From: Podarcis liolepis
Lineage: Eukaryota
Reading direction: 5' to 3' (one strand)
Assembly (NCBI GenBank): GCA_965112155.1
Contig: OZ218103.1
DNA length: 64,000 nt
The notes beneath the pieces are model-generated. The model was given only the letters and a program-made list of their open reading frames with translations. It made no database searches and was not told where the DNA came from. Positions 22,801 to 32,800 of this stretch are shown here, piece by piece (position 1 is the stretch's first letter; the number at the start of each line of letters is the position of its first letter). Made by a program: the position numbers and the translations under genes.

Positions 22801-24413
22801 TTTCTTTTTTTGATTTCTTGCATGATGTACTTTAGCATAAGCTGCCTTGAATTAACTTGGTGCAGAAAAGGCAGGATATAAGTATATTAAATTCATTTGA
22901 TGGATTAAAATATTTATTCACATTTCATCTGTAGTTTTGTTCCAACAACTTGAATTGTTGATTTCTGTTGATCTGCAAGTTGATCTGTTAAATGCAGTAA
23001 ACATTGTTTGTATTTCAGGGTAACGTGTATGTCAAATGCCCTTCAATAGCTGCAGCAATTGCAGCTGTCAATGCATTACATGGAAGGTGGTTTGCAGGTA
23101 TGTGAACTAAAGTTGTTTACTACTACTACTACTATTATTATTATTATTAGAATTAGAATTTATATACCGCCCTGTTACCCTCAGATAATGTATGCCTTGT
23201 TGCTGTCTAACATAGGTAATAGGTATAGATAAGCAGCTGGGACTTTGAGAAGTAAACAGTGAGGGGAGTTGTTTTTTAGAACACCACCTAAAAAACTAGG
23301 TAATCACAAGTACTTGGGGAAAGTGGTATCAATTTGCAGGCTTCCACTGAGAACCACAGCATTTTTACCATACTCCCTGCAAATTTATCTTCAGTAAGCC
23401 AGTACCCTTAGAACACATGTTGATTTGAGCTGCTTAAATAACTTCTAAGACTTTTAATTGTCTAGACTGATGATTTGCAATTGAACTCAGATGGGATTGA
23501 CATTTTTGGAAAGAGGGTTATTTGTGTAGCAGCACTTGGGCAGTTGCTGGGTGAGATACATAACCCTTCCACCTGCTTTCAGTTTGACATCCCTTACCCA
23601 GGATACTTTCCCAACAATTATATTACAAGAGGATCAACAGTTCCATTTAAGTTTAATGTAGCCTTTGATGCCACATCCTTCTTTGCCAGACAGATCTTTG
23701 TATGTTACAGCAGTGGTTTTCAACCAGAGTGTCTTGGGGTGCCTTGAATGATGGTCAGGGGTGCCATGGGCAACACGTCTTGACGTTCTTTCCCTCCCCC
23801 TTCTGATGCCTTTTTGTGTCTCTGCCTCTCAAAAGGCTTGCACAGCTGTAAGCTGCAGCAGACCCGACTACAAGCTCCCCAGTTTTTCTGGGGCTGGCCA
23901 GGGGGTGCTTCCCAGGCCCGTGAGGCAGTGTAAGAAGGCACCTTTCCCTGCAGCACCTAACCATGGCACACTGGTTGAAAACCCCTGCTTTACTCAGTGA
24001 TATTTTACTGTAAACTTACTGTAACCTTAATTTTTTTTCATTGGACTGGTTAACAAGTTCTAATTCTGGAAAGTATTGCTCTTGTTGGACAGATGATTTT
24101 TTATGGTTTTTTCTTCTTTTTGTTGTTGAAAACCTCCCTGAGCATTGCAGATGCATTGTGAGGATAGAAGTTTACTAAAACAATAGTCCTTGGAGGATTA
24201 CAATAGTCTTGTAATGAACTTCATAGGCGTTGCACCTTTCTCATTTTGTCTATTCTTGTTTAAAAAGTAAACAAGAATTTTAAGCACTTTTTTCCTCTCT
24301 CGTTTCTTTTAGGTAAAATGATCACAGCAGCGTACGTACCACTTCCAACATACCACAACCTTTTCCCTGATTCTATGAATGCAACCCAGCTCTTGGTTCC
24401 TGCTCGGCGATGA
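7671..24413 (+). CDS. RBM39: RNA-binding protein 39 (CAPERalpha), 5'-partial; 14 coding exons in window
   Basis: GT-AG exons 7671-7865, 8508-8573, 8664-8717, 10989-11106, 13965-14117, 15019-15156, 16450-16515, 17465-17669, 18321-18398, 20103-20135, 21442-21517, 21614-21719, 23019-23097 and 24313-24413 join in frame: RS domain, RRM1 (ARTVFCMQLAARIRPRDLEEFFS), RRM2 (MRLYVGSLHFNITEDMLRGIFEPFG), UHM (HGRWFAGK), TGA at 24411-24413. Confidence 0.97.
8508..8573 (+). CDS. RBM39: RBM39 exon 5 equivalent
   Basis: ctag|...SGPKFNSAIRGKIGLPHNIKIS|gttacc; 66 nt. Confidence 0.93.
8664..8717 (+). CDS. RBM39: RBM39 exon 6 equivalent
   Basis: cag|T AGA CGA CGA...RRRSRSKSPFRKDKSPVR|gtaggc; 54 nt. Confidence 0.93.
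9107..9446 (-). mobile_element. Sauria SINE, full length, different subfamily
   Basis: AAAGGTAAAGGGACCC...CACAGCGCCACCCGCATCCC; TSD GAGCTATA (9099-9106 / 9447-9454). Confidence 0.9.
10989..11106 (+). CDS. RBM39: RBM39 exon 7 equivalent (RRM1 start)
   Basis: EPIDNLTPEERDARTVFCMQLAARIRPRDLEEFFSTVGK; cag/gtgag; 118 nt. Confidence 0.95.
11316..12202. mobile_element. Non-autonomous hAT-like element with internal GC-rich minisatellite
   Basis: TIRs CAGGCATGACCAAC / GTTGGACATGTCTG; GATC-rich subterminal motifs; repeated units at about 11690-12120. Confidence 0.7.
12548..13272. mobile_element. Non-autonomous hAT (Charlie-like) element, same termini family
   Basis: CAGGCACGTACAA / TTGGACATGCCTA termini; 8-bp TSD GTCTAGAA / GCCTAGAA. 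Confidence 0.7.
13965..14117 (+). CDS. RBM39: RBM39 exon 8 equivalent (RRM1)
   Basis: VRDVRMISDRNSRRSKGIAYVEFVDVSSVPLAIGLTGQRVLGVPIIVQASQ; tag/gtaagt; 153 nt. Confidence 0.95.
15019..15156 (+). CDS. RBM39: RBM39 exon 9 equivalent (RRM2)
   Basis: AEKNRAAAMANNLQKGSAGPMRLYVGSLHFNITEDMLRGIFEPFGR; 138 nt. Confidence 0.95.
15290..16092. mobile_element. Tc1/mariner-superfamily (Tc2/pogo-like) non-autonomous element with internal ~120-bp tandem array
   Basis: TA TSD; TIR CCGTATTTTTCGC / GCGAAAAATACGG; three internal repeats at about 15538-15890. Confidence 0.85.
16450..16515 (+). CDS. RBM39: RBM39 exon 10 equivalent
   Basis: IESIQLMMDSETGRSKGYGFIT; cag/gtaagt; 66 nt. Confidence 0.95.
16907..17076. 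mobile_element. Tigger-like MITE
   Basis: TA|CAGTCATATCTTGGA...TCCAAGGTACAACTG|TA. Confidence 0.75.
17465..17669 (+). CDS. RBM39: RBM39 exon 11 equivalent
   Basis: FSDSECAKKALEQLNGFELAGRPMKVGHVTERTD...LMARLAE; 205 nt. Confidence 0.95.
18321..18398 (+). CDS. RBM39: RBM39 exon 12 equivalent
   Basis: GTGLQIPPAAQQALQMSGSLAFSAVA; 78 nt. Confidence 0.93.
18560..19600 (-). mobile_element. Decayed L2/CR1-clade LINE fragment
   Basis: Minus strand HQYADDMQL (about 19380-19410) and an L2-like C-terminal remnant (VARMLVG...HWL...YKALN). Confidence 0.7.
20103..20135 (+). CDS. RBM39: RBM39 exon 13 equivalent (short form)
   Basis: tttag|AT TTA CAG ACA CGA CTT TCA CAG CAG AGT GAA G|gtgag = DLQTRLSQQSE; 33 nt. 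Confidence 0.9.
21442..21517 (+). CDS. RBM39: RBM39 exon 14 equivalent
   Basis: VLAAAASVQPLATQCFQLSNMFNPQT; ccag/gtaagt; 76 nt. Confidence 0.92.
21614..21719 (+). CDS. RBM39: RBM39 exon 15 equivalent (UHM)
   Basis: EEDAGWDTEIKDDVIEECNKHGGVVHIYVDKNSAQ; 106 nt. Confidence 0.95.
22627..22795. mobile_element. Short MITE with the same CCGTATTTTT termini
   Basis: TA|CCGTATTTTTCGC...GCAAAAAATACGG|TA; internal ATAACACGCAC repeats. Confidence 0.85.
23019..23097 (+). CDS. RBM39: RBM39 exon 16 equivalent (UHM)
   Basis: GNVYVKCPSIAAAIAAVNALHGRWFA; 79 nt. Confidence 0.95.
23118..23148. repeat. (TAC)n(TAT)n compound microsatellite
   Basis: Seen directly. Confidence 0.8.
23711..23987. mobile_element. 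hAT-like MITE
   Basis: TIR CAGTGGTTTTCAACCAG / CTGGTTGAAAACCCCTG (16/17 match). Confidence 0.75.
24313..24413 (+). CDS. RBM39: RBM39 last coding exon
   Basis: GKMITAAYVPLPTYHNLFPDSMNATQLLVPARR* (TGA 24411-24413). Confidence 0.95.
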
Positions 24414-25277
24414 AGATGGATTTAGTCAGTTTTGTACATAGCTATTTTTGAAGGAAGACTTGAGTTACCTTTTTAATTAGAAGAAGACAAAAGGAAAGGC
24501 TGTAAAGTCCTTTTGTGTACATTTCCTGTTACTTTTAAACGAAAAACAAAAAATAGAGTAAGCAGGAATGCTGTGTGTTCATTCTCTTGATTAGCATTCC
24601 CACTGTATACAAAGCTGACTACTTGTTCTGCCTTGTAATTCTTGTACATTTAGAACATTTGGCTAAAGTGATCTGTAGGAACAGATGTAGCTCATAGAAA
24701 AGATTTTTCTGTAAAAGGTGGACAGGACATAAATTTTAATGTTTCACAAGCCTTTTCTTTTAATGCAGGTATTACATTTTACATTCACCTAAATGTAGAT
24801 GCTCTGCTAAAGGTTAATATCAGATTTAACTGGACATATTTAGTGTGTTTTGTATGGATCAAAAATTTGAGAGGCTACTGAGTGATTTCTTTGGCCAGCT
24901 GTTCTGCTCACTTAATGTTGACCAGCTGGCAAATTTGGGAGGATTATAGAAGATTTTATTTCTAGATGGTAACTTTTGATTGTCTCTGTAAAAGTTTCTT
25001 GTAAATAAGGTGTAAGGTGTGTTTAGAATTCCAAACAAAGCTATCTCTGCATTTCCAGATTAAAGTTCCATTGATTGCAGGGAATGTACCTAAGTTTGAA
25101 AGTTGAAGTAGGAAATGCAGGAATATATTTTGTCTGGTTGCATATAATCTGCTCTTTTTTAAGCTCTGTGAGCTCTGAAATATATTTTTGGGTTACTTCA
25201 ATGTGTTTGACAAAACAGCTTGATATTTCTATCAACAAATGACTTTCATATTGCAATGATCTTTGTAAGAACCACTC

Positions 25278-25283
25278 AATAAA
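25278..25283 (+). terminator. RBM39: RBM39 polyadenylation signal
   Basis: AATAAA about 870 nt after the stop, preceded by CAAATGACTTTCATATTGCAA...TTTGTAAGAACCACTC, which resembles the mammalian RBM39 3' end as I recall it. Confidence 0.7.
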
Positions 25284-26905
25284 ATTCTCCTAAAGGCCTC
25301 CAAAAGCATTATTTTTGAGAACTCAAATTAGGTGTAACCAGAAAAATGCAAATTGTGAAGAGTTTGGTTCAAAATGCTGGAAAATCAGCGACAGTTGGGC
25401 TTCTCTTTCCCTCCCTCCCTCTGTTCACCTTAGTGCACTCAGTTTTTCCTTACACCCACCCACCAGAATGTCTTACAATTTAAAAACCAAGCTACATTTG
25501 TCACGGTGTAGAGGAGGGGTCCCTAACCATGTTGGGCCTACAGGCACATTTGGAATTTCAGGAGTGTTTGCATGACCACAGATTGACTGCTGCTGTTACC
25601 AAATGTTGGAAGCATACACAGCTGTCATCTTCTCTTGCCATCTCAGAGTGAATTTTAAAAATGAGACGTGGGACAGACGGCGTTCACCAATGGAGAGGGA
25701 AAACCTAGTGAGGCCTGCCTGTTAGTTGGAGCAGTGTACTACTCTGCTCAGCACAAGAAGTGCAGAAGCAAGTCCATACCCAGTGCTGTATCATCTTACT
25801 CCTCACAATGACCTTGATGGCCTTTTCTTCTGGACTACTCTATAATGTCTATGTGGATGGCAAATGTTGCCAGTTGGGTACTTATAACTCCCATGTGTCA
25901 ATTCCAGTGAACACAAAAAAAAATCGAACTTAGGTTCACCTCTCTGCTGCTAACAGCCATGCAGCTGTTAAAGCTCGAATTGCAACATATGGTATCCTAT
26001 CTGTAAAGTGCATGGCCCTTGACAACTGATGAAAAGCTGTTAACCCAACATTTTTAAACTAAAGGTTTTGTTAATTTGGTTATATTTTGAGAAGGCTATG
26101 CTCAGACAAATTTGAAACTCTGTGAGAAACTGTAAAAATGAATTATAAGTGACACCAGTTGGGTGGCACCCTATATAACTATGCCTATTAAGTGAAAATA
26201 GTTGTTAATATGGTGAATATGCCAAATCAATTCACAACATACCCAAACAAGTTCTCATTTTCTTGTGTTATTTAATTATCCCTTTCTCTCAAAGGCATAA
26301 GAGGGCCTGAGCTCCCCTTCTATAATAGTAGTGATCCAATCCTACAAAAGGAAGTTATCACCAAGTGGGAAGCTATGGACTTCTTTAAACATGCAATGAA
26401 AATTATTTTTACTCTTCCAGAATAAGTGCAACTTAAACATGAAACTGTTATTAGGCTTACAGTGCAAACACTTGGTACCAACTTCTTTTGCTTATCCATG
26501 CAATGATTCAAATTAATCCTGTCACATACACACTTTTGTCCAATTTTATTCCACCTCCATAAACTTGGGATTTTTGCAAAAATTCAAGCCTCCCTGGTTT
26601 GGCTTACAAAATCACGGACAGAAGATTCCTTTGATAAACAATGGCTGATCTTGTAATAAACTAATACCCACGCAGGAAACACTTGATATCAATTAAAAAG
26701 CATCTTCTAATAGGCATGATTCCTATAATTGATCATTTATTTGAGGTCACATCCACGGAGATTCATTGTATACAGAGATTCCATTGCTTCTAAATCTCCA
26801 CTGCCTCTACCACTTTTGTTCGGAGAAAAAGATTTACAAACTCTTGCTACAGCAATAAAGGCCGAAACTTATTTTGATGGATTATTCAATCTTGGTACAG
26901 AGATT

Positions 26906-26911
26906 TTTATT
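26906..26911 (-). terminator. ROMO1: Candidate ROMO1 poly(A) signal (alternatives at 26736-26741 and 26545-26550)
   Basis: AATAAA on the minus strand about 60 nt after the stop. Confidence 0.5.
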
Positions 26912-26972
26912 CTACTACATAGCAGAAGTTCCAACTTGCAGGGGTATTGGTCTTCGTGATAGAAAAGTAACA

Positions 26973-27081
26973 TTAACAGCGGATTCCCATGCCAATTGCC
27001 ATAAATGTCCCAAAAGTTCCACCACTCTGCATCATGGTTTTGCCAACACCACCCATCAATTCTCGCCCTCTCATGCCAAAC
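26973..27081 (-). CDS. ROMO1: ROMO1 coding exon 2
   Basis: tttag|G TTT GGC ATG AGA...TGT TAA on the minus strand. Confidence 0.95.
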
Positions 27082-28015
27082 CTAAAAGAGAAGAAACAAT
27101 GACAGAGGTGGTTACTTCCCACAATAATCACAGGAAAATAAATTTGTATCTGATTACTGGGAAATGCAATCAACATAAACTTTACTAATTTTTTGAGTGG
27201 GTACTTTGGAGTGACCTATACAGCAAGTTAGCTCATAGTAAGCACGGGGTGGTCTGCCAGCCAGTGCAACTTAACAAACAGAGGTACTTCCCATAAACTA
27301 AACTCTAATTCAAAGAGAAGTTAATGATAGCAGGTCATTTGAAAACACACATCTTCTAGGATTTAGTATTAATCCCAAAACCCATCCTTTGCTAGTATAT
27401 ATACACCAACACAGTTTAAGAGTACAAAGTTTTAGTACTAATTACTCTCCAGCTGAAGTAATTTCTACTATAGATTTTATCTAAAGCTTTATACTCATGA
27501 ATGCATCTTGCTCTCAGAGATGTACAGGATTGCAGTCATGGTCTGTTATCTGGCAACAATCCACAGAACAGGTGGGGAAGTAAGCATAAAAGATTGTTAA
27601 GTACAGGCGGTGGCCATTTGGGGCACGTCCAATTGACACGCAATCACTGACACATGGGTCCTTATGGACTTGGAAGAGTGCAGACCATGGCCGTAATGAG
27701 GGTGGGACACATTTATATCTGCATCTCCGACTCATGCTGGGCTGGAAATGGAATCCCTGCTCGAAATGGTTACCGCCTGTGATCCGATCATATTGCATTA
27801 TTTTGCTCTGTTCCTAAGCCAGGAAATGATTGATGTTGCATTCAATTTAGGATTTATGTTGCATTCAACTACATTCCAACATACCTGAGACAAGAAAATG
27901 TGCCAAACAGTGCACCTGCTGCCATACCAACAGCAAAGCCCATCATGAAGCCCATCTTCACTCTGTCAAAGCAACTGGGTTGGGATTGGCCATATGGCCC
28001 CACTGTCACAGGCAT
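26973..28015 (-). CDS. ROMO1: Reactive oxygen species modulator 1 (Mgr2 homolog), 79 aa, two coding exons
   Basis: Exons 28015-27885 (131 nt, [44 protein letters not shown]) and 27081-26973 (109 nt, [35 protein letters not shown]); GT-AG sites; acceptor AG directly before the ATG. Confidence 0.97.
27604..27779. mobile_element. Tigger-like MITE in the ROMO1 intron
   Basis: TA|CAGGCGGTGGCCATTT...AAATGGTTACCGCCTG|TG; 16-bp TIR with 2 mismatches. Confidence 0.65.
27885..28015 (-). CDS. ROMO1: ROMO1 coding exon 1
   Basis: ttttag|ATG CCT GTG...CTC AG|gtatgt on the minus strand. Confidence 0.95.
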
Positions 28016-29552
28016 CTAAAAATATAAAAAAAACTTAAAGAATATCTATCGCTTCCGTGCAGAAGATAATCCTCATCTCCAGTGTGGATAGACCACTCCA
28101 AATATGAAAGTGTGATCAATGTACATGACTGTTATGAATAACAGGTGAAAAAGAAGTCCCTGCACCAAGAAGTTTTCAATAGTAGCATCATCTGAATTCA
28201 TAATTTGAATCGCTTCATCCAAAATAAAACTTGCTACAAATGTCTCTTTTTATGGAAGTTGTAGTTATGGGGGAATATCCTATTTAGACCACAAAGATTT
28301 TCTCAAAATGCCCCAGGGAGGCAAATGAGTTAAACATGCAGTAAGCACTACCTGTATGAAGATACGGTAATTAGTTTCCTGCACTAAACCTAGTACTGTA
28401 TTATTCTAGTCACATTTTCTTTGGGATTGCCAATCAACTGTGTGATATAAATGTACAAATGATGAATGCAAGTCAGTTAAGGACTAGGCTGAAAAGCACT
28501 TTGGACTCAACATTATTAATTTGTTTTTAAAAAGTTTTAATTTCATTTTGCAATATATAATAAAGAACTGTTACAAATCAACTTCATTGAATGAACAGCA
28601 ATTTAGAAATGAACTATAAACTTTGAGATTTTAAGCTATTTGCATTTACTACCCTGTCTGGTATCTTAAGAAATACTTAGACAAAGTTCTATTTTGCAAC
28701 TGTTTAAATTATTAAATATTTAAATTGTGGAGCAATACTTTCCCACTAGGTAACACTTGTAGTAGTTCAGTAGTTTAGCAAGCAGAAGTTCAAACACACA
28801 AGTTGCCAAACAATCCCAAACCAAAAGGGCGTGACAACAGGCAAATATATTGTTAACATTAGCTTGAAGGATATATATCCCCACTGAATCTTCCAGGGAG
28901 TTCAGCTGGCTTAGCCATTATTTGTAATGTGGTGCAATCTAGACCTTGAACTCGTAGACGCTTACGTAATGCTTTTTATATTAAAAAACACACCAAAAAG
29001 CCAGCAGCATAGCCATCCTAATTTAAAGATTAAAATTCCTATATTCTTGCTTATCTCTTGTGCGAGTATCAGCAATTTCCTCCAATATGGAGAAACGGAC
29101 CAGTTTCTGGAAAAACACTGCCGCTTTTAAAGGGATACAAAGAGGAATAAGTCACAAAAGACCGACAGATCTTTGCTGGGGATGTGCGGGGGAGGGGGCG
29201 CAATAAGATGGGCTCCAGAATAACACCCGCGACTTTAGAATTTTTAGGTTACGTGGCAACGAACACCGAGGTCTTTAAATACTGTACGTTTAAGGGCGTG
29301 CGTATCTTTCTGTCCCACTTGCTTATTGAGTTTCTCAGTTTCGCTGAAACCACAAAGGCCAACGACGCGGGGAAAGGCTCGGGAGACGAGAACGACGCAA
29401 ACGGCGGCATCGTTATGGCAACGGAAAGAGAACCCCCACCCCACCCCCACCCGGATACCCAGCGTCAGAAAGCCCCCCCCCCCCGACCACCTCGCTTTCT
29501 GGGCCCGCCCGCAAACAGCCTTTGCCCTGCTTCTTCCCTCGTCCCCCCTCAC

Positions 29553-29640
29553 CTCGACCACTCCGCGCTTCGTTCCACCCGAGTTTCCCTCAGCGCGGCC
29601 TGCGCTTCCGTCGCACTCCGATTACGTCGCAGGAAACGGC
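29553..29640 (-). other. ROMO1: ROMO1 non-coding exon 1 (5' end approximate)
   Basis: Minus-strand donor GAG|gtgagg at 29553/29552 in the CpG island; the AG abutting the ATG of the next exon requires an upstream UTR exon. Confidence 0.65.
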
Positions 29641-29724
29641 TCTCCGGGGGGGGGGAGGCGAAGAGGCGAGCATCGTTGTTGTGGGTGCCTGTCGGCTGGG
29701 CGAAGGACGGGAGGCGGAGTGACG

Positions 29725-29815
29725 ATGATGGCGGTGCGGCCGGCGACATGGCGGGCTGTGAGAGGACTGCTAGCCGGCCAAAGGAGGCGGCTTTCAATGG
29801 CTCCGCAGCAGCAAG
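29725..29815 (+). CDS. NFS1: NFS1 exon 1 (Arg-rich mitochondrial presequence)
   Basis: [30 protein letters not shown]; CAAG|gtaac donor; phase 1 matches exon 2. Confidence 0.8.
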
Positions 29816-32800
29816 GTAACGGCGCTCTGTCCTTTGCAATCCCGCCAGAAGGGCGAGCGAGCCTGGCGGGACGCCCGGCGGATCGCGAGTTTCAGCAGAA
29901 GCAGCTGGTAGGCGGCTCCCTTCCGCGGCTGCGATGGCATCTGCCTCCTGGGCAATGTTATGTTTTCTGCTGCTGCGGGCTTGGGAAGCTCGCGCAGGGG
30001 GGAAAAAACCAAACACGAGTGAGAGTCGCCTGGTCCCTTCTTCCCTAAGGCAGCTTGCTCAGTATTTCATTTTTTTCCTTTTGAGGGCTTACTCTCTGAA
30101 GTGGGTTTGCTGTCATCTGGAAACAACCTTGGCTGAATGTGAAAGTAGTAGAGGATCGGGGCCGTAGAGCCGTAAGATCGGACGGGGTAGAGCCGCCGCA
30201 GCGACGCTACTGCTAGCCGCATGGCACGATGCGAAGAGCTCAAACGCAGAAAGAGAACGTGTCAATAAATAGCTACGCCCCCCGGTGTTGTGGTGGTCCG
30301 TCCAACTTTCTCTCCCGTCAGCTACAGCAAACGGCATTTCATAGAATCATATTTTATAGAATCATATTTCGATTGAGTCCTACTGTAGCAGCCCAAGGGA
30401 TCGTTGAGATGACGGGGTGGGATTACAGCCCGTTGAAAGTTACAGGCCCAACCTTGAGTTTGCAAAAGTGGCGTAGTTAGTAAATGGGCAGGAACTCATC
30501 TCGACAGCTCACATGGTTACATTCCTAAGAACAGTTAAAGGGTGGGGAGTAGGCTTCTTTGTTGATCAGCAATACATTGCATAATGCCCATTTTTAGACT
30601 GGGAGGGACTTGGGTTCTCATCTTCAATCAGCCATGAAGTTCACTTGGGCCAGTTAAAGTCTGAGCCTAGCCTACCTAATAAAAGTATTATGTGCCAGAC
30701 CAGATCCAACTTCCAAGCTTGCAGTGCTGGCAAATACTGCCCAGTCAGATGCCATTGCTCCAGGTATGAATAACTACGGAAGCTCCCATGTTCCTTCTCC
30801 GCTGCATCACTGGTTGGAAACCTTTTCTCAGCAATCCTAAGAGGAGCCAAACATTCTGAATCTGAAAATGTTTTATATGTTACATATAGCTAAGATATGG
30901 AGATAATCTTGCTCTTTGAACACTTCACTATTGTGTGAGCTCAGTTCAATTGATTTCTGCTGGTGGTTCAGTTTCAAACTTTTAAAATGCCACTTTCTGG
31001 TTGAAATGCTTTGTTATAGCTGCCTGAACAATATAGTCCTGTGTATCAGCTTCTGAAGCTGAACTAAAGTGGAAGTATTTTTGAAAAATATGTTTTAACC
31101 ACCTGTCTGAATTGCTTGTGCATTAATTAATCTTCATATTATACTACATACTGGAATAAGTCCTCCACCCCATAGTAGAAATGATATCTTCTGCATTTGT
31201 CACTCATATAGTTGTCTTTCCCTAGGCATAGGCAGTGCTGATGAAACTTCGCTTCGACCATTGTACATGGATGTCCAAGCAACTACTCCTATGGTTTGTG
31301 AACTAAGTACTGTACTCTTTTGAGGAGCATTTGTTTAAACAAACACATTGTTTACAGAGTAGTCCTGCACTATTTACTCAGAGGTAAATCCTACTATGTT
31401 CAGTGGGGGCTTACTGCTAGGTAAGTGCATAGGATCACAGCCCATGTTTCCTGTTTACCCTGAGATGTTTGATAGGTGAGAGAATAATACAATGTGATAT
31501 CTGACTAAGATGTACAGTGGTGCCTCGCAAGACGAAAAGAATCCGTTCTGTGATTCTCTTCGTCTAGCGGTTTTTTCGTCTTGCGAAGCAAGCCCATTGA
31601 CGAATTAGCGCTTTTAGCGGCTTTTAGCGGCTTATCAGCTTATCGGATCAGCTGATAAGCGGTTTAGCGGCTTAGAAAGGGGGGGGAGGAAAAAAAACCC
31701 CGCAGGAACTCGCAAGACATTTTCGTCTTGCGAAGCAAGCCCATAGGAGATTCGTTTTGCGAAGCACCTCCAAAATGGAAAACCCTTTCGTCTAGCGAGT
31801 TTTCCGTCTTGCAAGGCATTCGTCTTGCGGGGCACCACTGTACTCAGGCTAGAACTGTAGGAATGATAATTCCTAGAGTCTGACTGAGTCAGATGCTTCT
31901 CATTGGATCTAGTAGTAAGAGAACATGGCTGAACATTTACAGCCTGTTCTTAATCACATTTTAATCCTATTTACTCTGAAATAAAGACTGCTGCCATACT
32001 GGCCGTACTGTCTTGTGTACACAAACAGAAAGAAGATTGTAGCCTTAATAACAGGTCTGGGTGTGTTCCAAGCATTTGGGTGTGTAGGGGAAAACTCTTC
32101 AATACAGATTTTTTTTAAATGATGAAATGAAATAGAATAACTATTAATATTTTGTTCTAGGACCCTAGGGTTTTGGATACCATGCTTCCCTATCTTGTGC
32201 ATTTTTATGGTAACCCACACTCAAGAACTCATGCTTATGGTTGGGAGAGTGAATCTGCTATGGAAAAAGCTAGACAGGTGAGATTTCTGCATTTTTCTTA
32301 TAATTCATTTATGAACTGCTTATCAGTCAAATCTCATGGCAGTATATGTATGGGAATTTCATCCAGAAGACAAAATGTATCAAGGAGTTAGTGATCTGAC
32401 ACAGTTACCCTTCCTGCCTCTGTTCCTTCCCCCTCTCTTGCTGTTGTTAAATTTTAATGTCCTGAGAATGAGAAGGTGATGCCCCCCCACAACTGCCTTA
32501 ATCAGTTGTGGAGGATAATGCTGGGTACCTTCTTTGCTATTGGACATCGTTTTGAGAAAGTGAGACATTGGGAAGGAGGGAGCAGCTAATGGATGATCTG
32601 CAGGTAGCCAGTCTAGGAAGGCACAAGGCTATCTATAAAATCAGGCAGTTTGTGCAGAGTTTCTTTGAAGCTCGTACACGGACTAATCGGTCACAGGACC
32701 GTGCAAACTGAGACTACCTGGGGGAGTCGCTTTGCCACTTCTTGTAGGCTTCCAAGTGGCAGATTGAAGTGCTTACTTTGTATACATTGCTTGCTGTTTT

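Larger units (their letters stand above)
29150..30320. promoter_or_regulatory. CpG island / bidirectional ROMO1-NFS1 promoter
   Basis: Strong local CpG and GC enrichment between divergent first exons. Confidence 0.85.

Noticed and set aside
27500-27800. CpG-rich structured segment in the ROMO1 intron resembling a sca/snoRNA (long stem, ATGATCG...CTGA, 10-nt complement to U6 TGACACGCAA)
   Set aside because: The stem is better explained as Tigger-type TIRs (TA|CAG...CTG) of a MITE; the boxes and guide position are non-canonical
29184-30480. 211, 240 and 155 aa ORFs
   Set aside because: CpG-island stop-codon scarcity; only 29725-29815 is coding (NFS1 exon 1)
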